The position numbers and the translations under genes were made by a program. 64,000 nt of DNA from a virus, in the IMG/VR virus record IMGVR_UViG_3300043395_003072, positions 32,001 through 96,000 of that record. The stretch is one strand, 5' to 3'. The notes beneath the pieces are model-generated. The model did no database searches. It saw nothing but the letters and a program-made list of their open reading frames with translations, and was not told the DNA's origin. Below, piece after piece: positions 27,814 to 37,028 of the stretch. Within the stretch, counting starts at the first letter, position 1. Each line of letters opens with the position of its first letter.

Positions 27814-28277
27814 TTATTTCTTTATGTTTTTTCTCTTCTACTGCTTTTGCACAACCTAATAGCAAGAGCTTTGCTTTGAATCTCGGAACTTATTCTGCTG
27901 ATTTAACTTTTGTTAAGAAGGGCGTTCGTTCACCTTACGATGCTGTACTTTTTAACACTGGTAAACTATCAGAACTAAAAGTTCACTTTGATACTATTGA
28001 GCAATCTTGTCAGATACAAAAGAATCTAATTACAGACTCTTGCGTTGCTGAGACCGAGGCTTTAAAGCTTGAAATCTTTTCACTTCAAGATGAAATCGAT
28101 AAACTTAATAGTACTTATAAAGAAGATGTTTCTCATAGAGACAAGCTATTAGCTTCTTTAGAATCGCAACTAGATCTAGAGAAGAAGAATGCTTCTTTTG
28201 AAAAGACAGTTATTTATATTATAGGTGGTACTACTACTATAGCTTCGGCTGTAATTACTTATCTGCTAGTAAAATGA
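27798..28277 (+). CDS. Secreted coiled-coil protein with C-terminal membrane anchor
   Basis: Signal peptide ending AFA-Q, heptad region, C-terminal VIYIIGGTTTIASAVITYLLVK. Confidence 0.5.
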   Translation: MLRAMIISLCFFSSTAFAQPNSKSFALNLGTYSADLTFVKKGVRSPYDAVLFNTGKLSELKVHFDTIEQSCQIQKNLITDSCVAETEALKLEIFSLQDEIDKLNSTYKEDVSHRDKLLASLESQLDLEKKNASFEKTVIYIIGGTTTIASAVITYLLVK

Positions 28278-29017
28278 CACATATATTAGAAAGCCAAATT
28301 GTTACCGCAAGCTATTGTTCTGAACTCTATAAGCTTAAAGGTGACTATACTGAGCTCTCTTATATTCAAAAAACAATAGCTACTTCTATTAAATATATAT
28401 ATGAAAGTACTAATAATCTTGAGAACTTTAGCAAGCTAGACAAGATTGTTGGTGCCTCAATATTTAAAGCTTTAACTGAAGATTCTGTTAAGTTTAATAG
28501 CTTTACAGATTATGAACGCAGAACCTTTACGGCTTATTGCTCTAATATGATTTATCAGTTCTTTAAAGTATACCCACCTTCTGAATGGATTCTTGTTTTA
28601 AGAGAACCTATTTATCATGAATATTACAATAAGACTGCATTTGTTTTTTGTACAGATATTATTCTTAGAAAAAGAAATGATAGCCGTTTGTTTTTTCATG
28701 CAGTGGATTTTATAAAGGATGTATCTTTAACTCCGCTAACTGATCTTTATAAGCATAAACGTAACCTTGTAAGCAAAGTACTATGGCGAGCCTTTAATAA
28801 ATTTAAGCTAAGTTATTTCGTATTTTCTTTTAGAGATTTTAATTATACAAATAATATGAATTTACCTCCTATAGAGAGTAAAGAGATTATTGTTGATAAA
28901 GAAATTAAGCTTGGTGCACATTATCAACATCTACTAAATGCTGATAATATTCCCAAGAGATTAATTTGTCTTGATAGAAAATGCCCTAAAAGAAAGGAAT
29001 GCATGAAAGATGAATAA
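28274..29017 (+). CDS. Divergent Cas4/PD-(D/E)XK-like protein
   Basis: N-terminal SYCSELYKL and C-terminal CLDRKCPKRKEC; central TDIIL..AVDF only loosely fits the nuclease motif. Confidence 0.4.
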   Translation: MTHILESQIVTASYCSELYKLKGDYTELSYIQKTIATSIKYIYESTNNLENFSKLDKIVGASIFKALTEDSVKFNSFTDYERRTFTAYCSNMIYQFFKVYPPSEWILVLREPIYHEYYNKTAFVFCTDIILRKRNDSRLFFHAVDFIKDVSLTPLTDLYKHKRNLVSKVLWRAFNKFKLSYFVFSFRDFNYTNNMNLPPIESKEIIVDKEIKLGAHYQHLLNADNIPKRLICLDRKCPKRKECMKDE

Positions 29018-29306
29018 CTACGGTGATTTTATACTTGCTTCTAGAACACGTTTAACGCTCCCTAGCCACATCTTTGGCGGTGGTCCATGGACACATATGG
29101 CTACCGTTAAAAGATCTCTTAGAGAGTACGTTTGCTTGCTTCATGAGCCTACTCAAAAGATTTACATCGAAGAGATTAGTGCTACTGGACAAATGCACCA
29201 TATAGAAGATGATGCCTTGTGGAGTGATCTTCTAAACTTTCTATTCAGTAAAGGGATCGTTGGTTTTGTAAAAGACCAAGAGGTTGTTGTTGGCAAACTC
29301 AACTAA
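29010..29306 (+). CDS. Hypothetical protein
   Basis: Coupled ORF. Confidence 0.6.
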   Translation: MNNYGDFILASRTRLTLPSHIFGGGPWTHMATVKRSLREYVCLLHEPTQKIYIEEISATGQMHHIEDDALWSDLLNFLFSKGIVGFVKDQEVVVGKLN

Positions 29307-29718
29307 ACTAAAGAATCAATTCTTCCATTATGAGAATGCTTCTAAGTTTCATAATGATGTAAGAGCTGTTTTTATAAATGATGATTTCTTTAAGAAACTT
29401 CAATGCTTTCAAGAAGTATTAGTCTCTGAATTAGTAGAAGGTTACTCAAATAATTATGATGCTGTAGATTGGTATATTCGTGAGCTTAATTGCATTATCG
29501 AATTACATGGTAAACAGCATTATGAGCAGGTTAAATTTTCAAATAATAATTCTTTCTTTGAAAATAAGAAGGAGTTTCACAATATCCAATATAGAGATAA
29601 TCGTAAGAAAACTGCGCTTATTGATGCTGGATATTTATATTTGGAAATCTCATATAAAGATGCTAAGAAAATAAATGCAGAATTTCTAAAAGAAAAACTA
29701 TTCTCAATTGGAGACTAA
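29284..29718 (+). CDS. Vsr/DUF559-like endonuclease
   Basis: VDWYI..LNCIIELHGKQHY...RDNRKK...GYLYLEISY. Confidence 0.75.
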   Translation: MLLANSTKLKNQFFHYENASKFHNDVRAVFINDDFFKKLQCFQEVLVSELVEGYSNNYDAVDWYIRELNCIIELHGKQHYEQVKFSNNNSFFENKKEFHNIQYRDNRKKTALIDAGYLYLEISYKDAKKINAEFLKEKLFSIGD

Positions 29719-30355
29719 AATGAAAAACCTAAAAGATCTTATTGTTCAAGAAATGTTATCTCAACCAGATATCGACTCTTGGCATATTCATGAGACGAAG
29801 TATTTTGGACCTACTACAAGGTCTCTCTTCTTTACTACCGAAGTTACTTCTGAGACAGCTGCTATATTGATTAGTCAGCTTTTACATCTAGAAGAACTTG
29901 ATCCTGAAGAACAGATTACTCTCTATCTGAATACTGAAGGCGGTTCCTTAACTGATGGCTTAGCTATCTATGATTGCATTACCAATATTGCTTGTCCTGT
30001 AGTTATTATTGCTACAGGCCTATGTGCTTCTGCAGGATTGTTAATCTTGAGTGCTGGTGATTATCGCGCTGCCACGCCTAACACTACATTCTTCTATCAC
30101 CAACCCATTCTTGGTGATTCTCATATTAACTCTACTGCTGATATGGAATCTCTTAATAGCCATTACGCTTACTGCAAAGATAAAGCAGATGGCATTATTA
30201 AGAAGCGCACTAAGATGAAAAAGCTTGTATGGGATAAACATTTCAAAGACAAGACAAGCTTCTATTTTACTCCAGAAGAAGCTATCGAGTTTAAATTCAT
30301 TGATAAAGTTATGCCTTCAAGAAAAGCAAAATTCACAGTTGAGGAAACTAAATGA
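29708..30355 (+). CDS. clpP: ClpP-family serine protease subunit (likely start ATG 29720)
   Basis: LISQLLHLE, ITLYLNTEGGS..GLAIYD, GLCASAG (Ser), HQP (His), EEAIEFKFIDKV. Confidence 0.88.
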   Translation: METKMKNLKDLIVQEMLSQPDIDSWHIHETKYFGPTTRSLFFTTEVTSETAAILISQLLHLEELDPEEQITLYLNTEGGSLTDGLAIYDCITNIACPVVIIATGLCASAGLLILSAGDYRAATPNTTFFYHQPILGDSHINSTADMESLNSHYAYCKDKADGIIKKRTKMKKLVWDKHFKDKTSFYFTPEEAIEFKFIDKVMPSRKAKFTVEETK

Positions 30356-30699
30356 CTAGTAGAGGAAGAGGCGCTAGAATTAAAGGCGCTACATTTGAAC
30401 GCCAGTTAGCTAAATACTTCACTGAAAATACTCCACTAGAAGCTAAGCGTGGCCTTGGTCAAACTAGGCTTGGTGGCGCAGAAGTCTCTGATGTAGATAT
30501 GCCTATTATTCATGTAGAAGCTAAACGCCATGCTAGATGTAACATCAAAGCTGCGCTTAGACAAGCTATTGAAGATGCAGCCGTTAATGGCAAGATCCCT
30601 GTAGCTATTACAAAAGATGATCGTGAAGAGATTCTTTGTACTATGCTACTAGATGATTGGGTTAAACTATTTAATGGGTATTTGAAAACCCTGGATTAA
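30352..30699 (+). CDS. Holliday junction resolvase (Hjc-like)
   Basis: RIKGATFERQLA, SDV, IHVEAKR, ALRQA, PV. Confidence 0.8.
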   Translation: MTSRGRGARIKGATFERQLAKYFTENTPLEAKRGLGQTRLGGAEVSDVDMPIIHVEAKRHARCNIKAALRQAIEDAAVNGKIPVAITKDDREEILCTMLLDDWVKLFNGYLKTLD

Positions 30700-30701
30700 T
30701 T

Positions 30702-31403
30702 ATGGAAGTTCAAGCTTTAGAATTTAAGGGAGATTATAAAAGGTTTGAGAAAGCCTATGTGCGATATAGGCAAACTAAAAAACCTGAGTATATGGAATAT
30801 ATCTATAAGAATATCAAAGATAACTTTATTAAATTTGAAGAACTAATTCTTTCTAGGAATTATAAATCAGATATAACAATTTATACTTTGATGTGTTTGC
30901 TAGAGAAAGATTCCAAGACTCCAGTAAGTTTAAAGCGTTTACTTTATATCTTTGAGGAATGGATGCAGTCTATGCATCTTACCTGGTTTGATATTTTTAC
31001 TGAAGCTTTCTTGTTACATATGAACAAGTTCTTCAGGATATCTAAATGGTATAAAAGCCCAAGGCATCTTGCCTATTTTATATCTCTTGATATGAAAATG
31101 TTTGTCTTCGCTAAAATAAGAAATATCTACTTTTTAAAAAGAAGAGATATCTCTTTAACAAATTCTAAGCGAAAAGAATATTTTCTTGAACAAGAAAAAG
31201 TATTTGATCCAATTCATTTTGATTCATATTCTTTTATAAAAGAACTTGAACAAAATAAAAAAATGCTTAGTATCTTTATGAAACAAATCTTTAATAAAAC
31301 TTTAAACAAACAGGATAAAGAATATTTATGTCACTCAATAAGTCAGAAGCTATTAGACAACTTGGAAACAACTCAAATGTTACCAACCAGCAATCCCTTG
31401 TAA
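30702..31403 (+). CDS. Hypothetical protein
   Basis: 233-aa ORF in operon. Confidence 0.55.
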   Translation: MEVQALEFKGDYKRFEKAYVRYRQTKKPEYMEYIYKNIKDNFIKFEELILSRNYKSDITIYTLMCLLEKDSKTPVSLKRLLYIFEEWMQSMHLTWFDIFTEAFLLHMNKFFRISKWYKSPRHLAYFISLDMKMFVFAKIRNIYFLKRRDISLTNSKRKEYFLEQEKVFDPIHFDSYSFIKELEQNKKMLSIFMKQIFNKTLNKQDKEYLCHSISQKLLDNLETTQMLPTSNPL

Positions 31404-31825
31404 AGAAGCTTGCTGGTCCTCAGATTAATAAGCAAATCAAGCATATTATTCCCGGAGGAGCTACCTTAACAGAGGATATCTCTAAAGAGAATCTACCTGC
31501 AGCTATTGAGACATGGCTAAAGAGAGTACGCCACTTTAAAGATGTTATTATCTCCTTTGTAGATAACTATGCTACTAAAGAGTATCAAACATCTACAGTA
31601 GTGGACTTTAATGCATCGACTAAGCTTCCTCAATGGGAACTAGAGTCGAAGAAGTGGCTAGCTGAAAGAATCGCAGAGGTACTTGTAATGGATCATGTTT
31701 TTGCTGTAAAAGTTGATAAGACAGGAATTCATGTGATTCTAGATAAGACTCAGAAGTTCTCACCTGAGTCTGAATCTTGGGAGCCACATCTAATCTTTAC
31801 ACCTCATAAGCCTACAGGATTTTAA
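31328..31825 (+). CDS. Hypothetical protein
   Basis: 165-aa ORF in operon. Confidence 0.6.
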   Translation: MSLNKSEAIRQLGNNSNVTNQQSLVKKLAGPQINKQIKHIIPGGATLTEDISKENLPAAIETWLKRVRHFKDVIISFVDNYATKEYQTSTVVDFNASTKLPQWELESKKWLAERIAEVLVMDHVFAVKVDKTGIHVILDKTQKFSPESESWEPHLIFTPHKPTGF

Positions 31826-31827
31826 TC

Positions 31828-32100
31828 ATGGGTCTATTTGAAGAACGCCAAGCTTCTGCTAAGAAAGTAGTCGCTTTACAAAACGAAATCATCTCTCTTA
31901 AGACACAGCTACAAGCAGTACCTGATTGTTCTGCTTGTCAGAAAGAGCTTGCTGCTCTCAAAGCTCAAGTAGAGTCGCTCAAAGCTCAAGTAGCTAAGCT
32001 ACAAGAGCAAGAGACTCCAGTTGTTCAAGAAGAGAAGCCTAAGCGTCGTGGTCGTCAACCTGCCCAAGATAAGCAAGAAGACGAAGAAGATGCCTTGTAA
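31828..32100 (+). CDS. Small coiled-coil protein with CxxC and basic KPKRRGR tail
   Basis: Heptads, CSAC, EEKPKRRGRQ. Confidence 0.6.
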   Translation: MGLFEERQASAKKVVALQNEIISLKTQLQAVPDCSACQKELAALKAQVESLKAQVAKLQEQETPVVQEEKPKRRGRQPAQDKQEDEEDAL

Positions 32101-32221
32101 TTGTAAGAAAACTAGAACTAAAGAAGCTAAACAAGATCTTGACTCACTTAAGCAGAAAGCACAAGAACTTGAGAAACTTCTTCAAGAGTTAAAAGCTAGG
32201 ACAGCTCCTAAAACCAATTAA
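32021..32221 (+). CDS. Small coiled-coil protein (likely start ATG 32090, MPCNCKK)
   Basis: Last gene of the + arm. Confidence 0.45.
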   Translation: MFKKRSLSVVVVNLPKISKKTKKMPCNCKKTRTKEAKQDLDSLKQKAQELEKLLQELKARTAPKTN

Positions 32222-32448
32222 TTGATATTAGGAATATCCTCTAGTATAGAAACTCTACGCTCTAGAGATATTAAAGTCTCTTGGATTACAGCAAGCTCAG
32301 TACTTATAACTGTTAAAAGTTCTTGAGTCTGAGTTGCTGATACAAATTGTGTTTGAGCAGTAAGTATATCTCTTACTCGCTCTTCTAAGTTAGCGACTCT
32401 TCTTAATAAGAGTGCGTCGCCTGGGTTATTGCTATCTAATGGCATCAC
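32218..32448 (-). CDS. Small coiled-coil hypothetical protein
   Basis: GGAGG RBS; last gene of the - arm. Confidence 0.6.
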   Translation of the reverse strand: MMPLDSNNPGDALLLRRVANLEERVRDILTAQTQFVSATQTQELLTVISTELAVIQETLISLERRVSILEDIPNIN

Positions 32449-32783
32449 TCACCTCCAAGTAGTTTAACTACAAATGCGCTCACTAAACCACCGCCAGCAC
32501 CCCAACTAAGTTTCTCCGCCATAGAGATCTTAAGACCAGTAATATCCTTCTGGATCTTCTCGTCTTCTTTGCGGAGCTTAGTTAACTCTTCCTCCAGCTT
32601 CCCAACTTTAACTTCAAGAGTAGCTTGAGCAATTACATTTCTATTTAGTTGTTCAATAATAGAGTCGATCTTATCAGAGATTTTGTCCATGCTACTTTTC
32701 AAGTTATTCTCCGTCTCTTTCAGACGGTAAGATATTAAAGATAAGTCTTGAGGTATAGGTGTCTGTGATTTAGAGTCCGACAT
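32445..32783 (-). CDS. Coiled-coil protein with C-terminal hydrophobic helix (XhlA/holin-accessory-like)
   Basis: Long heptad region, then WGAGGGLVSAFVVKLLGG. Confidence 0.45.
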   Translation of the reverse strand: MSDSKSQTPIPQDLSLISYRLKETENNLKSSMDKISDKIDSIIEQLNRNVIAQATLEVKVGKLEEELTKLRKEDEKIQKDITGLKISMAEKLSWGAGGGLVSAFVVKLLGGE

Positions 32784-32826
32784 TTTTAGCTTCCTTGTTG
32801 TTGGTTGATAGCTTTTTTATAACAAA

Positions 32827-35025
32827 TTAGAGCTTTAATTTACAATATGCTAAGCTAAATTCTACCAATGGAGCTATTGCTTCTCTTTGAGTTGGATTAA
32901 AAAGATCTTTACTTCCGGAATATTTACTAGTCCAAAGATCGTCTATAAACTCATAAAATGTATTTCCGGTACTAAAATTGCCGTCAATATCTAACAGGTC
33001 AGCACATAATTTGTGTGAATCTGAGATATTCAAACCGTAATCTACTACGCCAAGTATACCACCTAAATCTACTCGCCCCCCTACTTCAGAATCATAGTTA
33101 TATTTCTTAGTGACTACTCCTATAAAGTTCTTTTCATTAAGCACTTCATTACTGATAGTTTCTATTTGGCTATTACTAAAGTCCTCCGCTACTAGGTAGC
33201 TTCCAAGTTTTTGATTAAAGTATGTATCTGAAATACAAAAAGTCACCTCTTTATTAACAAGTCCATACCTTCTATTTATATAAGAAGGACAAGCATATAG
33301 TTTATCTGAAACATTATACGTTCCCAGTATCATAACTAAAGATTCTCCTTCAGTCATGATATCTGTTTCTGTTATAAGATTTTTATAAATACTAAAGTAG
33401 GAATTCTCTGTATTATTTGCATTTAAAAAATAATTACCTTGAATTCTTTCGTACGTTTTATCACTTCTATAGATTCCAACAGCGCTAGTACCCATATTAT
33501 AAAAAGCTTCTATTCCTGCTTCCCACCACAAGGAATGAGAGCTCATTACTCTTGATTTTGGATCTTTCAACTCATCAAATAAAGTTACTGTTTCTTCTAT
33601 TTCACTTGAATATTCTGCATAAAGGCTCGCATTTGAACTTAAGGGATACTTAGCGTTCTTATAAGCAAAAGCTAAAGTGAATGGTACTTTCTTAATAATG
33701 TGCCCACTAATCGATATATTTGTTTTCAATATATCTAGTCCATAAGAAATTGCAGGGCTTAAGGATTTATAGTCTTTATACTTTGCAATCTCCCACTTAT
33801 TACTACTCTTTTTGTAAGACAAAGTATTGTGGCTCTTAAGAAGAGTATCTTTTTCTTCAAAAGTATAGTCTTGTTTTGTATTTATGATATTAGAGTTTTG
33901 ACTAGATGAATATAGTTGCGCCTCTGTTACTGAAGGGCGCATCTGTATGTCTTCCCAAACAATAAGCCTATTTATAAATTTCTGGCTAGCAGAATCATAA
34001 ATTAAGGTATGCTTGTTAAGTAAAGCGTTAGGATTATTAACATCAGCTAGATCAAATATGGAAGATTCCTGTAGCTTTTCAAAAGCAACATCTTTGATAC
34101 TTTCTCTAAATAGATTTGTCTCTTCAGCTTCTACTGCATCAAACTCTAAAGATTGAATTAGATGTTCAGTGGTTACAGCCAAGTAGCTACTCCCACTTGA
34201 ACTATCGCTTGGCCCCGCCATTAAAGCTATATCTCTTACTGTTGCTACTTCCAAAGTACCGCTTACTGTCTCTGTTGCTTCTACTGTACTAACTGATCCT
34301 GCAATCCATTCTCCATTATTATAAACTAAAGCTTGTCCATTAGACACTACATCTACATCTACATTTGTTAGATCATTTAACTCTAAGCTTCTATTTAAAT
34401 TTAAACTTAATGCTGGATATGTTGATCCATCATTAAGATTTTGAATCAAAGATAAATCTAAGCCGCTGGTTAGTTGAGTCAAGATCTCATAAAGATGTTT
34501 ACTTAATGGCCAGTTTAGTAAATTATTTTGACTGCAACTAAAATTGTATAAACTGCCAAATGAATCTTTTCTGAGTCTCTCTAAGTTAAATCCATTACAA
34601 GCAATTTCATCTACAAGCCCAGTAATATCATTAACCACTGCTTGAGCTTCTACTACCCTATCTACTACTGACTCGAATAGATAATCAAAAGATTCTTTTA
34701 CAGTACAAGGTCTTCCCTCTCCAGCGACAACACCTGCTTTCCAATATAATCCGCTTTGAAAGCTATCGTTACCTTGCTCTTCTGGATAAGTAACTACTGT
34801 TAACCCACTGATTCCTACTTGGGCTGCATCATAAGTATATCTTGGTCCAGAAGCTAAACTTTTAAATCCTGGTACAATAAGACTGTTAATATAATTAGCA
34901 ATCTTATTTAGATCATCTCTGCTTCTTTTAGTTGTTAAAAGAAATGCGTCTTTGTTTTCTGTATTAGAAATAGCCGCTGTATTTATCTTAATGATCTGAT
35001 TCAGATTGTTTAGATAGTTTGCCAT
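32827..35025 (-). CDS. Tail fibre-like structural protein
   Basis: LELNDLTNVDV...NGQALVYNNGEWI, ATETVSGTLEVAT, IFDLADV..LIYDSASQKFINR fibre repeats. Confidence 0.6.
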   Translation of the reverse strand: MANYLNNLNQIIKINTAAISNTENKDAFLLTTKRSRDDLNKIANYINSLIVPGFKSLASGPRYTYDAAQVGISGLTVVTYPEEQGNDSFQSGLYWKAGVVAGEGRPCTVKESFDYLFESVVDRVVEAQAVVNDITGLVDEIACNGFNLERLRKDSFGSLYNFSCSQNNLLNWPLSKHLYEILTQLTSGLDLSLIQNLNDGSTYPALSLNLNRSLELNDLTNVDVDVVSNGQALVYNNGEWIAGSVSTVEATETVSGTLEVATVRDIALMAGPSDSSSGSSYLAVTTEHLIQSLEFDAVEAEETNLFRESIKDVAFEKLQESSIFDLADVNNPNALLNKHTLIYDSASQKFINRLIVWEDIQMRPSVTEAQLYSSSQNSNIINTKQDYTFEEKDTLLKSHNTLSYKKSSNKWEIAKYKDYKSLSPAISYGLDILKTNISISGHIIKKVPFTLAFAYKNAKYPLSSNASLYAEYSSEIEETVTLFDELKDPKSRVMSSHSLWWEAGIEAFYNMGTSAVGIYRSDKTYERIQGNYFLNANNTENSYFSIYKNLITETDIMTEGESLVMILGTYNVSDKLYACPSYINRRYGLVNKEVTFCISDTYFNQKLGSYLVAEDFSNSQIETISNEVLNEKNFIGVVTKKYNYDSEVGGRVDLGGILGVVDYGLNISDSHKLCADLLDIDGNFSTGNTFYEFIDDLWTSKYSGSKDLFNPTQREAIAPLVEFSLAYCKLKL

Positions 35026-37028
35026 TATATAACCCTAACTTGGATTTGATCTATTTTGGGAGTAACTCTCTGGTCGAAAGTTTTAAGGATAGCCTTTATG
35101 TATAAAAGGTTATTATTTTCTTCCAACTTTACTCTGGTTTTGCAAGTGATTTCAAAGTCTTCAAGCTTTGAATCTCCTACAGTAGTTTTATTTTTAATTT
35201 TAAAGTAAAGACCTTGAGAAGTTTCTACAATAGTATAAATCCCAAAATCGTTATCACTTAAAAATCTTTGATTTGATACTTCTTTTAAAGCATGCGCATA
35301 CACTTTATCAACACCAATATACTCTTTTACCCCTCTAAATACCGAAGAATAATCAAAGCCTTCAATTACGTATTTATGATTAAATGGATATAATCTATCT
35401 ATACTTCTTAACTGTCTAATTGATTGAACTGATCGCTCATCTATATCTAAGTCAATCCAGTTTTCTTTAGAAGTTTTAAAGCTATGAGTTCCAAAAGTTA
35501 AAAATACTTTTCCATTTACAATTCTACCATTTAAAAGTGCAGATGCATTTCCAAGATTAATATATCTGCCTTCTGGTTGAGTAATCTCTATTGTAGTACA
35601 GTATTTACTTCCATCAAATTCCCAACCACTACTGGCTTGATATGTTTTACTATCTTTATTTGATAATACGTTCCTTTTGATACTAAGGCTTTCTTTTATA
35701 AACAGCTCCTTGTTCTCTGCGCTTATATAGTAGTTTAAAAGCTTTTCATTGTTTTTAAGAGTTATCTCCTGAGGAATACTCTCTGCTAAAAAGCCAAGAC
35801 TGCTTTCAGAATCTACTATCTCAAATATATCATTCTCAGTTTCTCCAAACTGAACTACTTGTCTTGATTCTCCATTAAAGTCTGCTTTTAACCAATTAAC
35901 ATTATCTTTGCTTAAATAAATATCTACTGTAGTTTTTTCCGGAACAATACAACAAGTTCCACCTTTGATTGTTGCAAGGTTAAAGTTAATAGGCTCAGAG
36001 TTTTCATCTAGGATTTCGTATGGTCCTAGATAGGCTACTGACTCTTCATTTATTCTATAAGCAGATTTTGTGTGCCCTATAAAATCTAAAGAAAATACAT
36101 AACCATAATCATTTGCTACTTTTATATCATAACCTCGTTTAGTAATAACTAGTCTTAGTCTCTTAACATTATCTTGATTTACTTCTACATAGTTTTCATT
36201 ATTTGTAACTCTTAAATCACTTTCAAATACTTGAAAGTAGTTACTCCCATCCTTCGTATACAATACGCTATAACTTTGCTTAGAATTGATCTCTAAAGCA
36301 TCTGTAGTAAATTTCAATGTACCAATAGACCTTCCTGTAGGTTCTGAAAAACTTGTCTCTACAATAAAGTCTACTACTTCATCTTCATACTTGGAATATG
36401 AAACCACCTTGAAGAAGGTTCCATCTTCTTTAAAAGCATTTGAAAAGGCATTGTAGGCAGTTTCTCTTAACTTCCCATTACCTCTATGCCTTACATGATA
36501 TTGAGTATTACCAAACTCAAAGCTTTCTGAAGCTACTTTATCAAAGCCTACAGTAAGCTTACCATTGAAGAGATAGATGTTACTCCTATCCATATCTATA
36601 TTTGAGTAGTCGCTAAAATCTTCAACTATTCCATAGTTGTAAATATCTGATTTACTATAGAGTAGTAAGTCTTTATTTAGATTACGCTCAAGCCTCTTAA
36701 CCTCTCTAAATGTCTCATCTATCCTTCCAGAATAAATTCTGAAATTATCTTCAAGCATTTTAGATTCAGATTCTATTTTCTTAAATAGCGAATCTAAGTC
36801 TTCATGAGCTTTTAAAAGAATATCATTGTAATGTTCACTTGAAGATTCTGCTCCTACCAAGAAGTAGTTTTCTATACCCCCGGCAAGCATTCCGACTTCT
36901 TCAGCTTTTCTATTTGTTTCTATATAATTGTTATATAGAACATTTAATTCATTTCTCTTCGGAGCTCTGTTATTCGCTCTAATAAAATCTTTTAATAATT
37001 TATTCTTAATCATTTTAAGCCATTTCAA
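35025..37028 (-). CDS. Putative virion structural (baseplate/tail) protein
   Basis: Large ORF in the tail module; N-terminal coiled coil then EDF followed by beta region, the same layout as its neighbour. Confidence 0.5.
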   Translation of the reverse strand: MKWLKMIKNKLLKDFIRANNRAPKRNELNVLYNNYIETNRKAEEVGMLAGGIENYFLVGAESSSEHYNDILLKAHEDLDSLFKKIESESKMLEDNFRIYSGRIDETFREVKRLERNLNKDLLLYSKSDIYNYGIVEDFSDYSNIDMDRSNIYLFNGKLTVGFDKVASESFEFGNTQYHVRHRGNGKLRETAYNAFSNAFKEDGTFFKVVSYSKYEDEVVDFIVETSFSEPTGRSIGTLKFTTDALEINSKQSYSVLYTKDGSNYFQVFESDLRVTNNENYVEVNQDNVKRLRLVITKRGYDIKVANDYGYVFSLDFIGHTKSAYRINEESVAYLGPYEILDENSEPINFNLATIKGGTCCIVPEKTTVDIYLSKDNVNWLKADFNGESRQVVQFGETENDIFEIVDSESSLGFLAESIPQEITLKNNEKLLNYYISAENKELFIKESLSIKRNVLSNKDSKTYQASSGWEFDGSKYCTTIEITQPEGRYINLGNASALLNGRIVNGKVFLTFGTHSFKTSKENWIDLDIDERSVQSIRQLRSIDRLYPFNHKYVIEGFDYSSVFRGVKEYIGVDKVYAHALKEVSNQRFLSDNDFGIYTIVETSQGLYFKIKNKTTVGDSKLEDFEITCKTRVKLEENNNLLYIKAILKTFDQRVTPKIDQIQVRVI

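Noticed and set aside
5062-30241. Short antisense or nested ORFs in the + arm (e.g. 5062-5406, 9606-9788, 14683-15084, 16919-17125, 21138-21416, 26740-27134, 27573-27797, 30041-30241)
   Set aside because: They lie within or almost wholly within well-supported genes, lack motifs, and read as shadow frames.
32784-32826. Possible late promoter (TTATAAAA on - strand) in a 43-nt gap
   Set aside because: Single instance in very AT-rich DNA; no recurring motif established.
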